From: a virus
Reading direction: 5' to 3' (one strand)
Length of the DNA stretch: 64,000 nucleotides
IMG/VR virus record: IMGVR_UViG_3300037760_000114
Coordinates: 32,001-96,000 of that record
A model generated the notes under the pieces. It saw only the letters and a program-made list of their open reading frames with translations, made no database searches and was not told the origin of the DNA. Both the position numbers and the translations under genes were made by a program. Shown piece after piece: positions 9,275 to 19,154 of the stretch; the stretch's first letter is position 1; every line of letters begins with the position of its first letter.

Positions 9275-10921
9275 CTATCTGCGCATCACGACGAGTTTCT
9301 GCACGACTTCCGGCTTGGGCCACAGGTCGGCGGCGGTCACATCGCTGGCAGCCTCGTGCACGATCACCGACGCGACACAGGCGTCGATCTTCTGCGCCCG
9401 GCTCGGCTTTGCCAGCACATACCGCTTCACCGGCCCCGGGCGGGCAGAGCGGCGGGCGTGCCGCATATGCCTAGCGGTCACCGCACAGCCGTCATGCCAC
9501 AGGCCCGTATTCTGCTTCAGCACGTCGATGTGTAGACGTTCGCAGGCGGCGTGCATCTGGATCAGCCGGTAGGTTTCCCACCGCAAAACCCGCTTCTCGC
9601 CGTGCTCTGCCGCCCAGTCGTCGATCTCCGACTTCCAGTCCGGCGGGTCGACATACATCCGGGCCACCCGGTACCGGCGGAACAACTCGGCCACCGCCGC
9701 CCGGACCTCCAGCCGCGGCACCTGACCGTCGAAATCGACCGGGTTCCAGATCGTCGGCTGCCCATCCTCCAGCACCGGAGTAAACTGGAACCCGTCCTCG
9801 GTTTCGGCCCGGATCACCGTCCAGTCGTCGGTGTCCGACCCGTCCATGCCGAGGCAGATCGCCGCACCGTCGGGAACCGGCAGCGGCACCGCCAGGTCAT
9901 CCCACCGGTCCCCGTCCATGTAGGCACCGGAGCCGTACACCAACCGGTTGGCGAAAAACCGCTCCGCCTCCGCCGGGTCCCGCTCGGCGATGTCCGCCGA
10001 CTCCGCCTCGATCGAGTCCAGGTCGACATGGCCACCGTTTTCCCGCAGCACCTCGCCGTAGACAATCCGGTGGATCTGCCGCCGCTCCCGCTTGTTCTGG
10101 TAGCTCAGATGCTTCGGCGGCTGGTCGAACTGGCGGTAGATGTCCTTGGCGTTCGACTCGAACTCGCGCTGCGCGAGGCTGCTCTCCGACGGGTCGAACG
10201 CGTTCGTCGTCAGCGACGACCTGCCGCCCATGCCGGCCAGGCCACGGTACTGGGTACCGGCGACCTTGGTCATCTTGTTGGTGTCGTTCCACAGCCCGAC
10301 CTCGTCCTGCGGCACGAACGTGACCCGCTGCCCGAGCCTCGACTTCGCCGACATCGTGACCACGTCGATGCGGCCGCCGCCCGGCAGACGGATAAACTCC
10401 TCGCCCGTCTTCGGGATCAACTCCGCCAGCGGACCCAGCTCGATCATCGGACGCAACGCGTCGTAGACGTTCTGCGTGTTCTCTTCGGACAGGGCCGTGA
10501 TCTGGATAAGCGGCGTCGCCCACGGCATGCCCATCGGCTCACCGGGCTCGTACTCGTACGTCCAGCCGCAACCGCAGCCGTACACGCGGCAGTCGTAGAC
10601 CTCGCCACCGTCGGCCCAGCCAGCGAACAGGGCCGGCCCGACACCCTCCAGGCACACCTGCGCAGCGACTAGGGGACTCTTCCCTTTTTTCTGGGCGTCG
10701 ATCAGCAGACCACGCCGGTGCACGAACGCCGGCCCCAGCTGCGGGTTGGACGGCACCCACTCCGCCGTCGGCCTGACCAGGTAGAAGTTCGCCAGGTACC
10801 GCAGCTGGTACTCGTAGAGCCGGAACGGGTCGCCGCGGGCGAACCTGTCCGGGACTACACAGTGCGCCTCGATCCAGTCGAGGGCGAGCGCCAGCGTCCG
10901 CGGCTCACGACGCCGCTCCAC
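9275..10921 (-). CDS. terL: Terminase large subunit
   Basis: Walker A-like QKKGKSP, Walker B QDEVG, nuclease LGMDGS and KIDA. Confidence 0.9.
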   Translation of the reverse strand: MERRREPRTLALALDWIEAHCVVPDRFARGDPFRLYEYQLRYLANFYLVRPTAEWVPSNPQLGPAFVHRRGLLIDAQKKGKSPLVAAQVCLEGVGPALFAGWADGGEVYDCRVYGCGCGWTYEYEPGEPMGMPWATPLIQITALSEENTQNVYDALRPMIELGPLAELIPKTGEEFIRLPGGGRIDVVTMSAKSRLGQRVTFVPQDEVGLWNDTNKMTKVAGTQYRGLAGMGGRSSLTTNAFDPSESSLAQREFESNAKDIYRQFDQPPKHLSYQNKRERRQIHRIVYGEVLRENGGHVDLDSIEAESADIAERDPAEAERFFANRLVYGSGAYMDGDRWDDLAVPLPVPDGAAICLGMDGSDTDDWTVIRAETEDGFQFTPVLEDGQPTIWNPVDFDGQVPRLEVRAAVAELFRRYRVARMYVDPPDWKSEIDDWAAEHGEKRVLRWETYRLIQMHAACERLHIDVLKQNTGLWHDGCAVTARHMRHARRSARPGPVKRYVLAKPSRAQKIDACVASVIVHEAASDVTAADLWPKPEVVQKLVVMRR

Positions 10922-11387
10922 CGTCGATCACTTTCCACCGCTCACGGGCCGACTGAGTCCGCTTACGCGGTGCGCCGCCCGCCGGCGGTGCCGCATGACG
11001 CTCCGGCGAAGCCACGGCCCGGTCGACCTTCCACCTGTTCGCGCGCATCCCAGGTGTCGTCAACCCGAGCGAGTCCGCCTGCTGACGCACCAGCGTCCGC
11101 AGCGCCACCGGCGCCTCGATCAGCTCCGCCAGCGCCAGGTTCCGCACATGCAGCGCCACCTCGATCTGCTGCTGGAGGCGCTGCCACACAACCGCCTGGG
11201 GCAGCCGCCACAGACGCTCCCACAGCTCGACCTCACGCTCCGACTGCCCCAGCAGAGGCCACGCGGGAGGATCGCCCTCCCTGCCCTCCGCAGGCAGTAC
11301 CGTCCACTCGCCCTCGTCCCGCTCACGCCGCAGCGCGTTCGGGTCAGGCGCCGGACCGGACCGTGCGCGAGCACCACCTTTCGGCAT
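10905..11387 (-). CDS. terS: Terminase small subunit
   Basis: MPKGGARARSGPAPDPNALRR, LWRLPQAVVW, SLGLTTPGMRANRW; upstream of terL. Confidence 0.75.
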   Translation of the reverse strand: MPKGGARARSGPAPDPNALRRERDEGEWTVLPAEGREGDPPAWPLLGQSEREVELWERLWRLPQAVVWQRLQQQIEVALHVRNLALAELIEAPVALRTLVRQQADSLGLTTPGMRANRWKVDRAVASPERHAAPPAGGAPRKRTQSARERWKVIDGGAAS

Positions 11388-11996
11388 GCTGCTCTACCTT
11401 CCCGCCGCATCGCGCGACGTGTCGGTGTCTCAAGTGGATAGGAGCATCGCGCTCCCATCGCCTACCCCCGGGGGGGGGGGTAGAAGCTTCTGAACCCGAC
11501 GCAGGGTTTTGGTTCCTCCCCCGCGGTCCCCTCCATGATCCACTAGGGGGGTATGTCCCCACCCTTCGATGGATTCGCCGACGGATGCAGCTGGCCTGCT
11601 GTGTGTCGGCGGTGCCTGTCCGGCCTCGGGGTGGAGCTTGGTTCAAGCGCGGCGGTGTCGAAGGTCCGCGACGTTGACAGCTGACTCGCGACCACAGTGA
11701 ACCGGCATGGGGCACGGGGCTGCGGTGGGGTTGCGCGTTACTCCCGGCTGTTGGCCGTGGCGTCCACCCGCCCCCAAGCACGGCGGCCCGGCACCCCGCA
11801 GGGTCGACGGTAGTGGGTGGGGTGGCGCTGTGCGGTGGCCCGGCCGGGCAGCGGGGAGTGGGAGGGCCGGGTCGTGGATGGCTACCGGCAGCCCAGGTAC
11901 CGGGTGCGGACTGAGGCCCCCCACGGGGGGCGCTGGTGGCCCTGCCGGTAGGGGAGGGGGTAGGGGTAGCCCACTCGGGTACACCACCCACCCCAG

Positions 11997-12383
11997 CTAG
12001 GCGTGGCGCTGGTGCCAGCCGCCCGGACTGGACACGGCGGTCCAGTGGTCATGGCACACCTTGCACAGTCCCCGGCCGTACCGGGGGTTGTTTTCGTCCA
12101 GGCCGAGGCGACGCAGTTCCCGCTTGTCGCGGGGATAGTGGTCGGCAACCGTCGACGGTGCCAGGCATTGGCCGGTGTGGCGGTGGGTGTCGGTGCGGGT
12201 CTGGTCGACGCAGGTACACATCGGTTCCCGGGTCAGGACCGGGTCGCGGAAGCGGCGCTCGTGGCGGGAGTCGTAGCCGCGCTGCCTAGCGGTGCCGCGC
12301 GCCCGTTCGCTGCGGGTGCGGCAGACGGAGCAGCGGCCAGCCTCGGCCAGGTTGGGGCAGCCCGGGGTTGAGCAGACCTTCAA
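11997..12383 (-). CDS. Terminase-associated HNH endonuclease
   Basis: CSTPGCP, RQRGY, STVADHYP, GRGLCKVCH. Confidence 0.8.
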   Translation of the reverse strand: MKVCSTPGCPNLAEAGRCSVCRTRSERARGTARQRGYDSRHERRFRDPVLTREPMCTCVDQTRTDTHRHTGQCLAPSTVADHYPRDKRELRRLGLDENNPRYGRGLCKVCHDHWTAVSSPGGWHQRHA

Positions 12384-12399
12384 CGCCGGCCATCACGGC

Positions 12400-12642
12400 T
12401 CATGACGGGCGCGGCTCGTGCAGCAGCTGACCGCAGGACCGGCACAGCGTGACCAGGTGAGGATCTGCGCAGGCGGTGACACCCACTGAGGTGGGGTGCT
12501 GGCAGGTGGCCGGGTTGTGGTCATGGTCGGCACGTACGCAGCGGAGTCCGCGGCCGGTTCGGGCCAGCAGGCACTCGTCGGGGGCGAGCCGTGTGGGCTT
12601 CGGCTTGCCCAGTTGCACGAGGCCGCCGGGATGCAGGCTCAT
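12400..12642 (-). CDS. Hypothetical protein
   Basis: ORF in operon orientation. Confidence 0.4.
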   Translation of the reverse strand: MSLHPGGLVQLGKPKPTRLAPDECLLARTGRGLRCVRADHDHNPATCQHPTSVGVTACADPHLVTLCRSCGQLLHEPRPS

Positions 12643-12717
12643 CGGACGTTCCCCCGTCTCCAGCCCCGGTGGGACCGTTCGGTCAGGTTCGGGCAGTCGG
12701 GGGTGGAGCAGAGCCGT

Positions 12718-12873
12718 CTAGCGCGCGGCATCGGCTTCAGCGCTAGCCCTTCGGTCCTGCCGCTCTACCGACTCGCCCCTGGGCTTAGCGTCCGACCGGA
12801 TGCGTCGAAGCGCCTCGGTGTAGGGAATGCCCTGCTCCCGAGCTAGACGCTTGGCCAGGTAGTCCCTGCTCAT
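12718..12873 (-). CDS. Small hypothetical protein
   Basis: MSRDYLAKRLAREQGIPYTEALRRI; start overlaps the upstream stop. Confidence 0.45.
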   Translation of the reverse strand: MSRDYLAKRLAREQGIPYTEALRRIRSDAKPRGESVERQDRRASAEADAAR

Positions 12874-13229
12874 CCCGCGCTCCAACGGTGACCTCGGGTG
12901 CCCAGCTCGGACCACCTGGAGCCGCACGCTCCGCAGTGCCACACCTCGGCACGATCTACGAGGGCGGTTGTGTTGATGGGTGTCGGGTGGTCGCAGACGT
13001 GGATAGCGGTAGCCGAGTCTGCCCGGACGGAGGCGAGGGGGCAGTCCTCGTCGCAGGTGACCTCTTCGCACACAGGGCAGCACATCTCGTCCCGCAGCTG
13101 CCCAACGGTGCTGGCCTCCAGTTGCGTGGCGAGGTCGACCAGGATGCCGTGGTCGTACGCGTCGCCCCACGAGGCCACCTTGCGCAGCGTGGCCGCCGTC
13201 GCCGAGCGAGCCGCATCCAGCGGGGTCAC
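12870..13229 (-). CDS. Cys-rich hypothetical protein
   Basis: CCPVCEEVTCDEDCPL; GTGA coupling. Confidence 0.5.
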   Translation of the reverse strand: MTPLDAARSATAATLRKVASWGDAYDHGILVDLATQLEASTVGQLRDEMCCPVCEEVTCDEDCPLASVRADSATAIHVCDHPTPINTTALVDRAEVWHCGACGSRWSELGTRGHRWSAG

Positions 13230-13432
13230 CGCAGCTTCCGGTTCCGGCGGGCGGCTACCGCCTCGCCGAGCAGGATGCGCACCATCTGGGAGCGGGTGCG
13301 CTGTTCGGCGTTGGCCATGGCGTCGATCTCGTCCCGGCCGGCTTCGCTGAGCCGTACGGCTACTGTGACGCGGCTTGACCTTTGGCGGGTGTCTGTGCTG
13401 GTAGCCACGCCGTCGAGCGTATACGTTGTCAA
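13226..13432 (-). CDS. Ribbon-helix-helix (CopG-like) regulator
   Basis: VTVAVRLS...IDAMANAEQRTRSQMVRILL. Confidence 0.7.
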   Translation of the reverse strand: MTTYTLDGVATSTDTRQRSSRVTVAVRLSEAGRDEIDAMANAEQRTRSQMVRILLGEAVAARRNRKLR

Positions 13433-14013
13433 CGTTCGTTTGCGGCCGCCACCCCGCCAGCGGCCGGCAGCATCTCCATCCAGATCGTGCCGCCGGAGTG
13501 CTTGTCCCGTTCAATCGCCACCGACACCGCGCGGGCCACGACCTGGGAAGGTGGCATGTCCGGGCAGCAGGCCAGCAGCGCATCCATAGCGCCGATGGCG
13601 GGGCCTTCGCCGGAGCCGACCGCGGCTATGCCGTCAGGGTGAGGGATCGCGTAGCAGTGGGTCGCCGACCACAACCTGCCGGCGTAGCCGATGATGAGCA
13701 TGGCATCCATGTGTCCCTGTTCGGACACCCCGCTGGCGACACAGATAGCCGACGCCTTGCGGGTGACCTCGTTGGCCCACCGGTCCAGATCGTCCGGGTG
13801 CGGGTCGATGTCAGCTAGTTGTAGGTCCGCGTCCAGGACTGTGGCGACCGCCCCGTCGCCGGAAATCCCTACCAGCACCTCACTGCCATCGCCAAGCTGA
13901 TAGCGGCGGATCTTTCGCGCGCTTCCCAGCACGGGACGGTCGTAAACCGTGACCATCGAGTCGGCGGCCATGTAGACCGCACCGTCGCGGGCCAGAGCAG
14001 CAACCGTAGTCAC
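13429..14013 (-). CDS. Ntn-hydrolase (HslV/proteasome beta-like peptidase)
   Basis: N-terminal MTT, MAADS, AVGSG, RDKHSGG. Confidence 0.75.
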   Translation of the reverse strand: MTTVAALARDGAVYMAADSMVTVYDRPVLGSARKIRRYQLGDGSEVLVGISGDGAVATVLDADLQLADIDPHPDDLDRWANEVTRKASAICVASGVSEQGHMDAMLIIGYAGRLWSATHCYAIPHPDGIAAVGSGEGPAIGAMDALLACCPDMPPSQVVARAVSVAIERDKHSGGTIWMEMLPAAGGVAAANER

Positions 14014-14189
14014 GCCGCAGTCTCCGGCTCGTGCAGCTCGCGCCCGTCCAGCGAATGGTGCACCAGCACCCAGCCGTACGACCCGTCATCCCGCTCCACC
14101 GGCTCGGTACGCGGACCGCACAGGCAGCCGTCGCCATCGGTGTCGTGCTCCACCAGGTCGTCCACCGGAACGACGTGCCAGGTGCTCAC
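14010..14189 (-). CDS. Small actinophage hypothetical protein
   Basis: HVVPVDDLVEH...CLCGP...HHSLDGRE. Confidence 0.55.
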   Translation of the reverse strand: MSTWHVVPVDDLVEHDTDGDGCLCGPRTEPVERDDGSYGWVLVHHSLDGRELHEPETAA

Positions 14190-14596
14190 GCGGCTACCAG
14201 CGGCCGGTCTGACTGGTTGCAGGTCAGGTACGGGTTGGCGAAGATGACGTGCGCGTGGGTGCGGGTGTGCGTCCGGGCGAGGACCATCGATGCTCCACGG
14301 GTCTGGGATGTGGCGGGATGTTGACAGGGCCGGCCCGGCGCACATCCCGGAAACGCCGGGGCCGGCCCTGGTCGCAGGAGTTACAGGGTGATCGGGTCGC
14401 CGATTACGGCGCCGGACGGCTCCCGGTTCGGCCAGTACACCGCCGGGCGGCCGGCTGCGTCGAGGTAGACGATCCACGAGCTCGCCGGGCTCATCCCACC
14501 CAGCCGAAGGTGCACACACGAAAGCCCCGCACACTGGCGGGGCCCGGGCACACTCCTCTAAGGCGGAACGTTAGCACAGTACCCACCCGGCGACGA

Positions 14597-14995
14597 TCAA
14601 CCTGTGCGTCGTTGCCGGCGGCGTCGGGTAGCGGCTGCGATCTCCAGGATGTCACTGGCGAGGAACAGGGGCCAGCCGCGGTGGTCGCGGCGTTTGAACT
14701 CCAGCCGACGGTGGTGGCCGTGGCGGTCGAGGTAGCCGCGTTTGCGCCACTGCCGGATCGTGCCCTGCCCCACGTTTGCGAGCTGGGCGGCGGCGGACGT
14801 ACCCACCAGATCGTCCGGCTCCACCGTCACCTCGTGTTCGACCAGCCACCAGCCCTCACCGGCGGCTTCCACAGCGTCGTCCAACGCGGCGGCCAGCGGC
14901 GGGTTGGCGGTGCGCAGATGGGTGCGGTAGGCGCGGGCGATGCCGCGGGCGCGTTGCAGATCGGTGTCGCCCAGTTGGGCCATCGGGCGGGGCAT
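14597..14995 (-). CDS. MerR-like HTH DNA-binding protein
   Basis: GTSAAAQLANVGQGTIRQWRKRGYL. Confidence 0.6.
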   Translation of the reverse strand: MPRPMAQLGDTDLQRARGIARAYRTHLRTANPPLAAALDDAVEAAGEGWWLVEHEVTVEPDDLVGTSAAAQLANVGQGTIRQWRKRGYLDRHGHHRRLEFKRRDHRGWPLFLASDILEIAAATRRRRQRRTG

Positions 14996-15795
14996 CAGCG
15001 GCCCTGCCACACGATCAGGCCCATCATCCGTTCGTACTCGTCGTAGGGCCGCCAGGAGCCGCAGTCCTTGCACCACACCGGCGGGTCGTGCTTGAACTGC
15101 CGCGGGTGATGCTGCCGCAGCTTGCCTTCCTCGCCGCACTGGTGACAGAAGCCGGGCAGCTGCCGTACCCGGTCGGACAGGCCGGTCGCCGAGGTGGCGA
15201 GCTGGTGCATGCGGGTCAGGTGGGCGATGCCGTCGGCGCCCGACGGTGCGGTGTGCAGGATGAAGGTCGAGCAGTCGCGGTCGGGCCCCCACACCACCGC
15301 CGACGCGAGGGAGTCGTCGACCGGGGGATAGTCGGCCATGTCCTGCGGGCCCAGATGCGCCAGCCGCGCCAACCGGGGTGCGATGACGGTGGCGGCGTGT
15401 TGCACCGCCCACCCCTCCCGCACCCCGGCGCGCACCTCGCTCGACAGGCCGTCCAGCTCGCGTGCCACCGGCTCCCACGCGGTCAGCAGCCACCAAATGT
15501 GGCGCTGCAGCACCAGCACGTACTCCCGTAGCGGCAGCGGTTGCTCACCCCGGCCGGAGCGGGGCTGCCCATCGGACCACTCCGACAGCGGCCGGGGCAG
15601 CCACTGCTCCAGCGCCACATAGTCGGCCGGGAGGCTGCGAACGTCCCGCTCCGCCACCCGCAGGCAGTCGGGACAGTAGGTGGCCCGGCTCGACTCCAGC
15701 AGCGCCGGATGCTTACGGGTGTGGTTGAAGTCCTTGCACCAGCGGCCGGCGACACAGGTCCGGGCATCAGCAGCAGGCAGGGTAGCGGTCGGCAT
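14995..15795 (-). CDS. Zn-finger protein, possible late-gene regulator
   Basis: CPDC, CHQC and CKDC pairs; located at the end of the early operon. Confidence 0.5.
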   Translation of the reverse strand: MPTATLPAADARTCVAGRWCKDFNHTRKHPALLESSRATYCPDCLRVAERDVRSLPADYVALEQWLPRPLSEWSDGQPRSGRGEQPLPLREYVLVLQRHIWWLLTAWEPVARELDGLSSEVRAGVREGWAVQHAATVIAPRLARLAHLGPQDMADYPPVDDSLASAVVWGPDRDCSTFILHTAPSGADGIAHLTRMHQLATSATGLSDRVRQLPGFCHQCGEEGKLRQHHPRQFKHDPPVWCKDCGSWRPYDEYERMMGLIVWQGR

Positions 15796-16888
15796 GGCGG
15801 TTCTCCCGGTCTCCGGCGGATAGAATCTGGCGGAGACCGGACAGTCGCGGGGGCGGCCCGGTGAGGTGGCCCTGGACCGACTTAGCGGGAGGTCCAGGGC
15901 CACCGTGCTATGCAGCCCCAGGTTTACGCCACGGGCCGGGCTCGTGAGCGGTTGCCGCGCACTGGGGCCGGTCGTTGCAATACCTCACGTTGACGCGGGC
16001 GCCGGGGAACATGTGCTCAAGCCCTCGTAGCGGCCGGTGCGCTACCGAGATCGCCGCGTCGGGCCGCTCGTCGCGGCAGACCATGCAGGTCCAGGTCAGC
16101 GCGTTGATGTCGATCACGCTTGCCTCCAAGCCTCGTCGTGGTCCGGGTCGGGGTCGTCGGGCCACGGCGGGCGCTGACCGTGGGGCATCTCGTAGACGTG
16201 CCCGTACGGCACCGTCGGGTCGACCTGGACAGCGACCCCGCCTTCGTAGCGCCACACCCGGACACCGCACGTGCCGCCCTGCAACGCCATCTCGGTGGCC
16301 TGCTCGATCATTGCGCTCTCGGCGACAGCGAGGCGACTGACGTACGCCGCCATCGCCTGGTCAGCGTCCTCCAGCCACTCGCCGAGGAACGAGCCGCTCA
16401 CGATGTACGGCGTCAAGTCCACCGGACCGTGGTCGGGCACGATCTCACCCTCGCGGGGTGCGGGCCACCACTCGATGCGGTCAGGTTGCATCGGGGCTGC
16501 TGCCTCACTCATCGGCACCCATCACCTTCCGTCCTTCGTCGTCGGTCTCTACCGGCGTGCCAGCGGCGGCCGGGCCGCGTCCTGCTCCCGGATGTACACC
16601 AGGATGTCCCGGGTACAGCGCGGCCCGCCCGTCCAGTCCTCACCGGAGAACCACTCCAGCAGCAGGGCCGCCTGCTCGACGTTGAATCCGTGCCGCTCGG
16701 TGTGGTCGTGGCCGTGGCAGATCACATCCACCACCGGGGTAGGCGATGTCATTTCGGACCGCTCCCGTAGCCACCGCTCGGTCTGCAACTCCCCGGACCG
16801 CGGGCAGCCTTCCCGATGCAGGTACGGCTCGGTGCCGTCGATCCGCCGTGGGCAGCCGCACTCAGCCTTGCGACCGTGGCTGTCGTCG

Positions 16889-17380
16889 TCAGGTTGCATC
16901 ACGGCTCCACTCGGGTAGGTGGTCAGGATGCTCGGCGTACGGCAGAGCAAGCGCCAGCAGGGTCGGGCACGGCTGCCCGACCTCGTAAAACTCGTCCTCC
17001 CACAGCTCCCACGGCTCGCGGCTCACCGTCGCCTGACCCTCACCGGCAGCGGTAAGGGTGGTGCAGTGGTGCGGCCGGTTGTGCGCGTGCACGATGCGCC
17101 GCTTGGCTTCCACCTCGGCCAGCACAAGGCGCTGCTCCGCGTTGGCGTGGGTCAGTTCGTGAGCAAGAATCGCCCTGGTTACCTCGGGTGCGCGCCACCA
17201 TCCCGCCCCCGAATGATCCGGCACGGTAAGGGTCCAGCCGCAGTCGCCCGTTCCGGATACGCCGTGGCAATTCGGCACCTCCGGCGCCGGACCGTCGATA
17301 CCGACCGTCCGTGGCCGCATCTCCTGACACCGCTCGTCCAGCCGGGCGGTCAGGAACTCCACGATCCCGCCGACGCTCAC
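16889..17380 (-). CDS. DUF6221-like phage protein
   Basis: IVEFLTARLDE...VLAEVEAKRRIV...CPTLLALALPYAEHPD. Confidence 0.65.
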   Translation of the reverse strand: MSVGGIVEFLTARLDERCQEMRPRTVGIDGPAPEVPNCHGVSGTGDCGWTLTVPDHSGAGWWRAPEVTRAILAHELTHANAEQRLVLAEVEAKRRIVHAHNRPHHCTTLTAAGEGQATVSREPWELWEDEFYEVGQPCPTLLALALPYAEHPDHLPEWSRDAT

Positions 17381-18062
17381 CGACTACGCCTCCCGCCGAG
17401 CCGGGCATCCACAGCGGCGACCAGCCGGATAGCCACGGACATGCCGGCAGCGATCACCACCGCCACAGCGGCGACCCGCAGCGCGGTCGGCTGCCCGGCC
17501 AGCGCTATGCGTACCACCTCCGCAGCGGCCACGATGACGCATGCGCAGATGGCGCTGAACCAGGCCAGCCGTAGCGGCCGTGGCCACCGCGACAGCCAGG
17601 CCGTGAAGCCCGCGGCGCGCAGGAACGGCGACGGCGGGTCGACCCGGGAAGGGCCGTAAGGCGGATGCGACCAACGGCGCCCGTCGGGCAGGGTGCCGCC
17701 GTACTCGCGCGGGTCGCCGTCGCCGAGCTCCGGTATGCGGCGGGTGCCGTCGTTGAGCCAGCGGCTGGCTGCCGCGTTCAGCGCAGGGTCAGGCTGCATG
17801 TGGACCACCACCGGAATGAACTGCACGCGCGGCGCGGATGTCCGGATCAGCGTCGAGCCGGGCCTGAGCCTCGCGGCGGATGTCCACCGGTAGCTCATCG
17901 AACGCCGCCTGATACCGGTGGCCGGTCAGCCTGCGGAGGATGTCCGGCGGGCAAGTGGCGAGCACGGTCGGGTGCAGGCTGCTGGCGATGTCCCGCAAGG
18001 TGACGGCGGCCATCAAAAGCTCGCTGGCCACGTCCACGATCGTGGCCCGATCAGTACCGGGG

Positions 18063-19154
18063 TCAGGCTGCATCGGAACCTCCAGGGGCATTGTCGCGTA
18101 CCGGGCTGAACCGGGCGGCCAGCGTATACGCGCCGTGGCGGTCCAAGCTGTTCCGGCCACGGTCGTAGCGGCGGGTGGTGCGGGGATCGGCGTGACCGGC
18201 GAAGTCCTGCACATCCCGCAGCGGCATTCCAGCATCCAGAAGCTCGGTGATGGCAGTGTGCCGTAGCGAGTGGGGGGAGAGGCGGGCCGCCTCGGCGATG
18301 TGGGTTCGGCGGGCCAGGCGGCGTACGAGACGCCACACGTACGGGCCGGTCATGCGGTGACCGGCGACGAGCAGCAGCGGGCCGCTGGTGGGGTTGCCGC
18401 GTGTGGTCAGCATCTGGTCGATGGGGGCACCGACCATCGGGGTGATGACCACCTCGCGGTGCTTGCCGCCCTTCCATGGCACCCGCAGGGTTCGGTGGCC
18501 ACGGTGGTGACCCAGCCCTTCCACGTTGGCGCCGGTGACCGACCCGCAGCGCAGCCCGTTGACGAGCAGGAGCCGAACCAGCACCGACGAGGACAGTCCG
18601 TCGTTGTCGGCGGCGGCGATCAGCCGGTCGGCTTCGTCGCGGGACAGGGCCACGGTGGTGGAGTCGTCACGGTCGACGTTGGGCCGGCCGTCGACATCGG
18701 CGGGGTTGAATTGCACGATCGGCGCGTCGCCTTTGGTGTTGCGCAGGATGTACCGGTACCACGAGGAGACCGCCGAGACGCGGCGGGCGATACTGGACTC
18801 GGCGGCCGGGTCACCATCGTCGGTGACGCCGTGCTGGCGCTGGTGGGCGATCCAGTCATGGATGTCCATCGGCTTGGCCCCGGTGGGGTCCACGTCGATG
18901 CGGGCGCAGTGGGTGATCCAGTCCTTCAGGTCGCGGCGGTAGCCCGCGACGGTGTGGCCGGAGCGGCGGGACTTCAGCCATGCCTCGGTGATGCGGGCGA
19001 GCCGAGCCAGGTCCTGTGGGTGTAGCGCGACGCCGTGCAGTGGGTGGGTGAGAGGTTCCAACGCCTCCCCTGGCCGAAGATAATCACCATTATCTTGCGC
19101 GCCATTCCCGGGAAGGGACGTTAACGGGAATGAGACCACTTCCTGGCCACTCAC
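18063..19154 (-). CDS. XerC/D-like tyrosine recombinase
   Basis: SAM-like N domain (HTVAGYRRDL, SIARRVSAVSSWY), GLRCG, KGGK, SPHSLRHTA, AGHADPRTTRRY; start chosen at the GTGA overlap. Confidence 0.9.
   Translation of the reverse strand: MSGQEVVSFPLTSLPGNGAQDNGDYLRPGEALEPLTHPLHGVALHPQDLARLARITEAWLKSRRSGHTVAGYRRDLKDWITHCARIDVDPTGAKPMDIHDWIAHQRQHGVTDDGDPAAESSIARRVSAVSSWYRYILRNTKGDAPIVQFNPADVDGRPNVDRDDSTTVALSRDEADRLIAAADNDGLSSSVLVRLLLVNGLRCGSVTGANVEGLGHHRGHRTLRVPWKGGKHREVVITPMVGAPIDQMLTTRGNPTSGPLLLVAGHRMTGPYVWRLVRRLARRTHIAEAARLSPHSLRHTAITELLDAGMPLRDVQDFAGHADPRTTRRYDRGRNSLDRHGAYTLAARFSPVRDNAPGGSDAA
19073..19100. other. dif-like recombination site (11-6-11)
   Basis: GCCGAAGATAA-TCACCA-TTATCTTGCGC, containing the perfect inverted repeat AAGATAAT/ATTATCTT; AT-rich island at the recombinase 5' end. 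Confidence 0.65.

Noticed and set aside
14190-14596. Possible ncRNA in the hairpin-rich gap before the late genes
   Set aside because: Hairpins are present but expected at this GC content; more simply a terminator or late leader, with no recognisable motif
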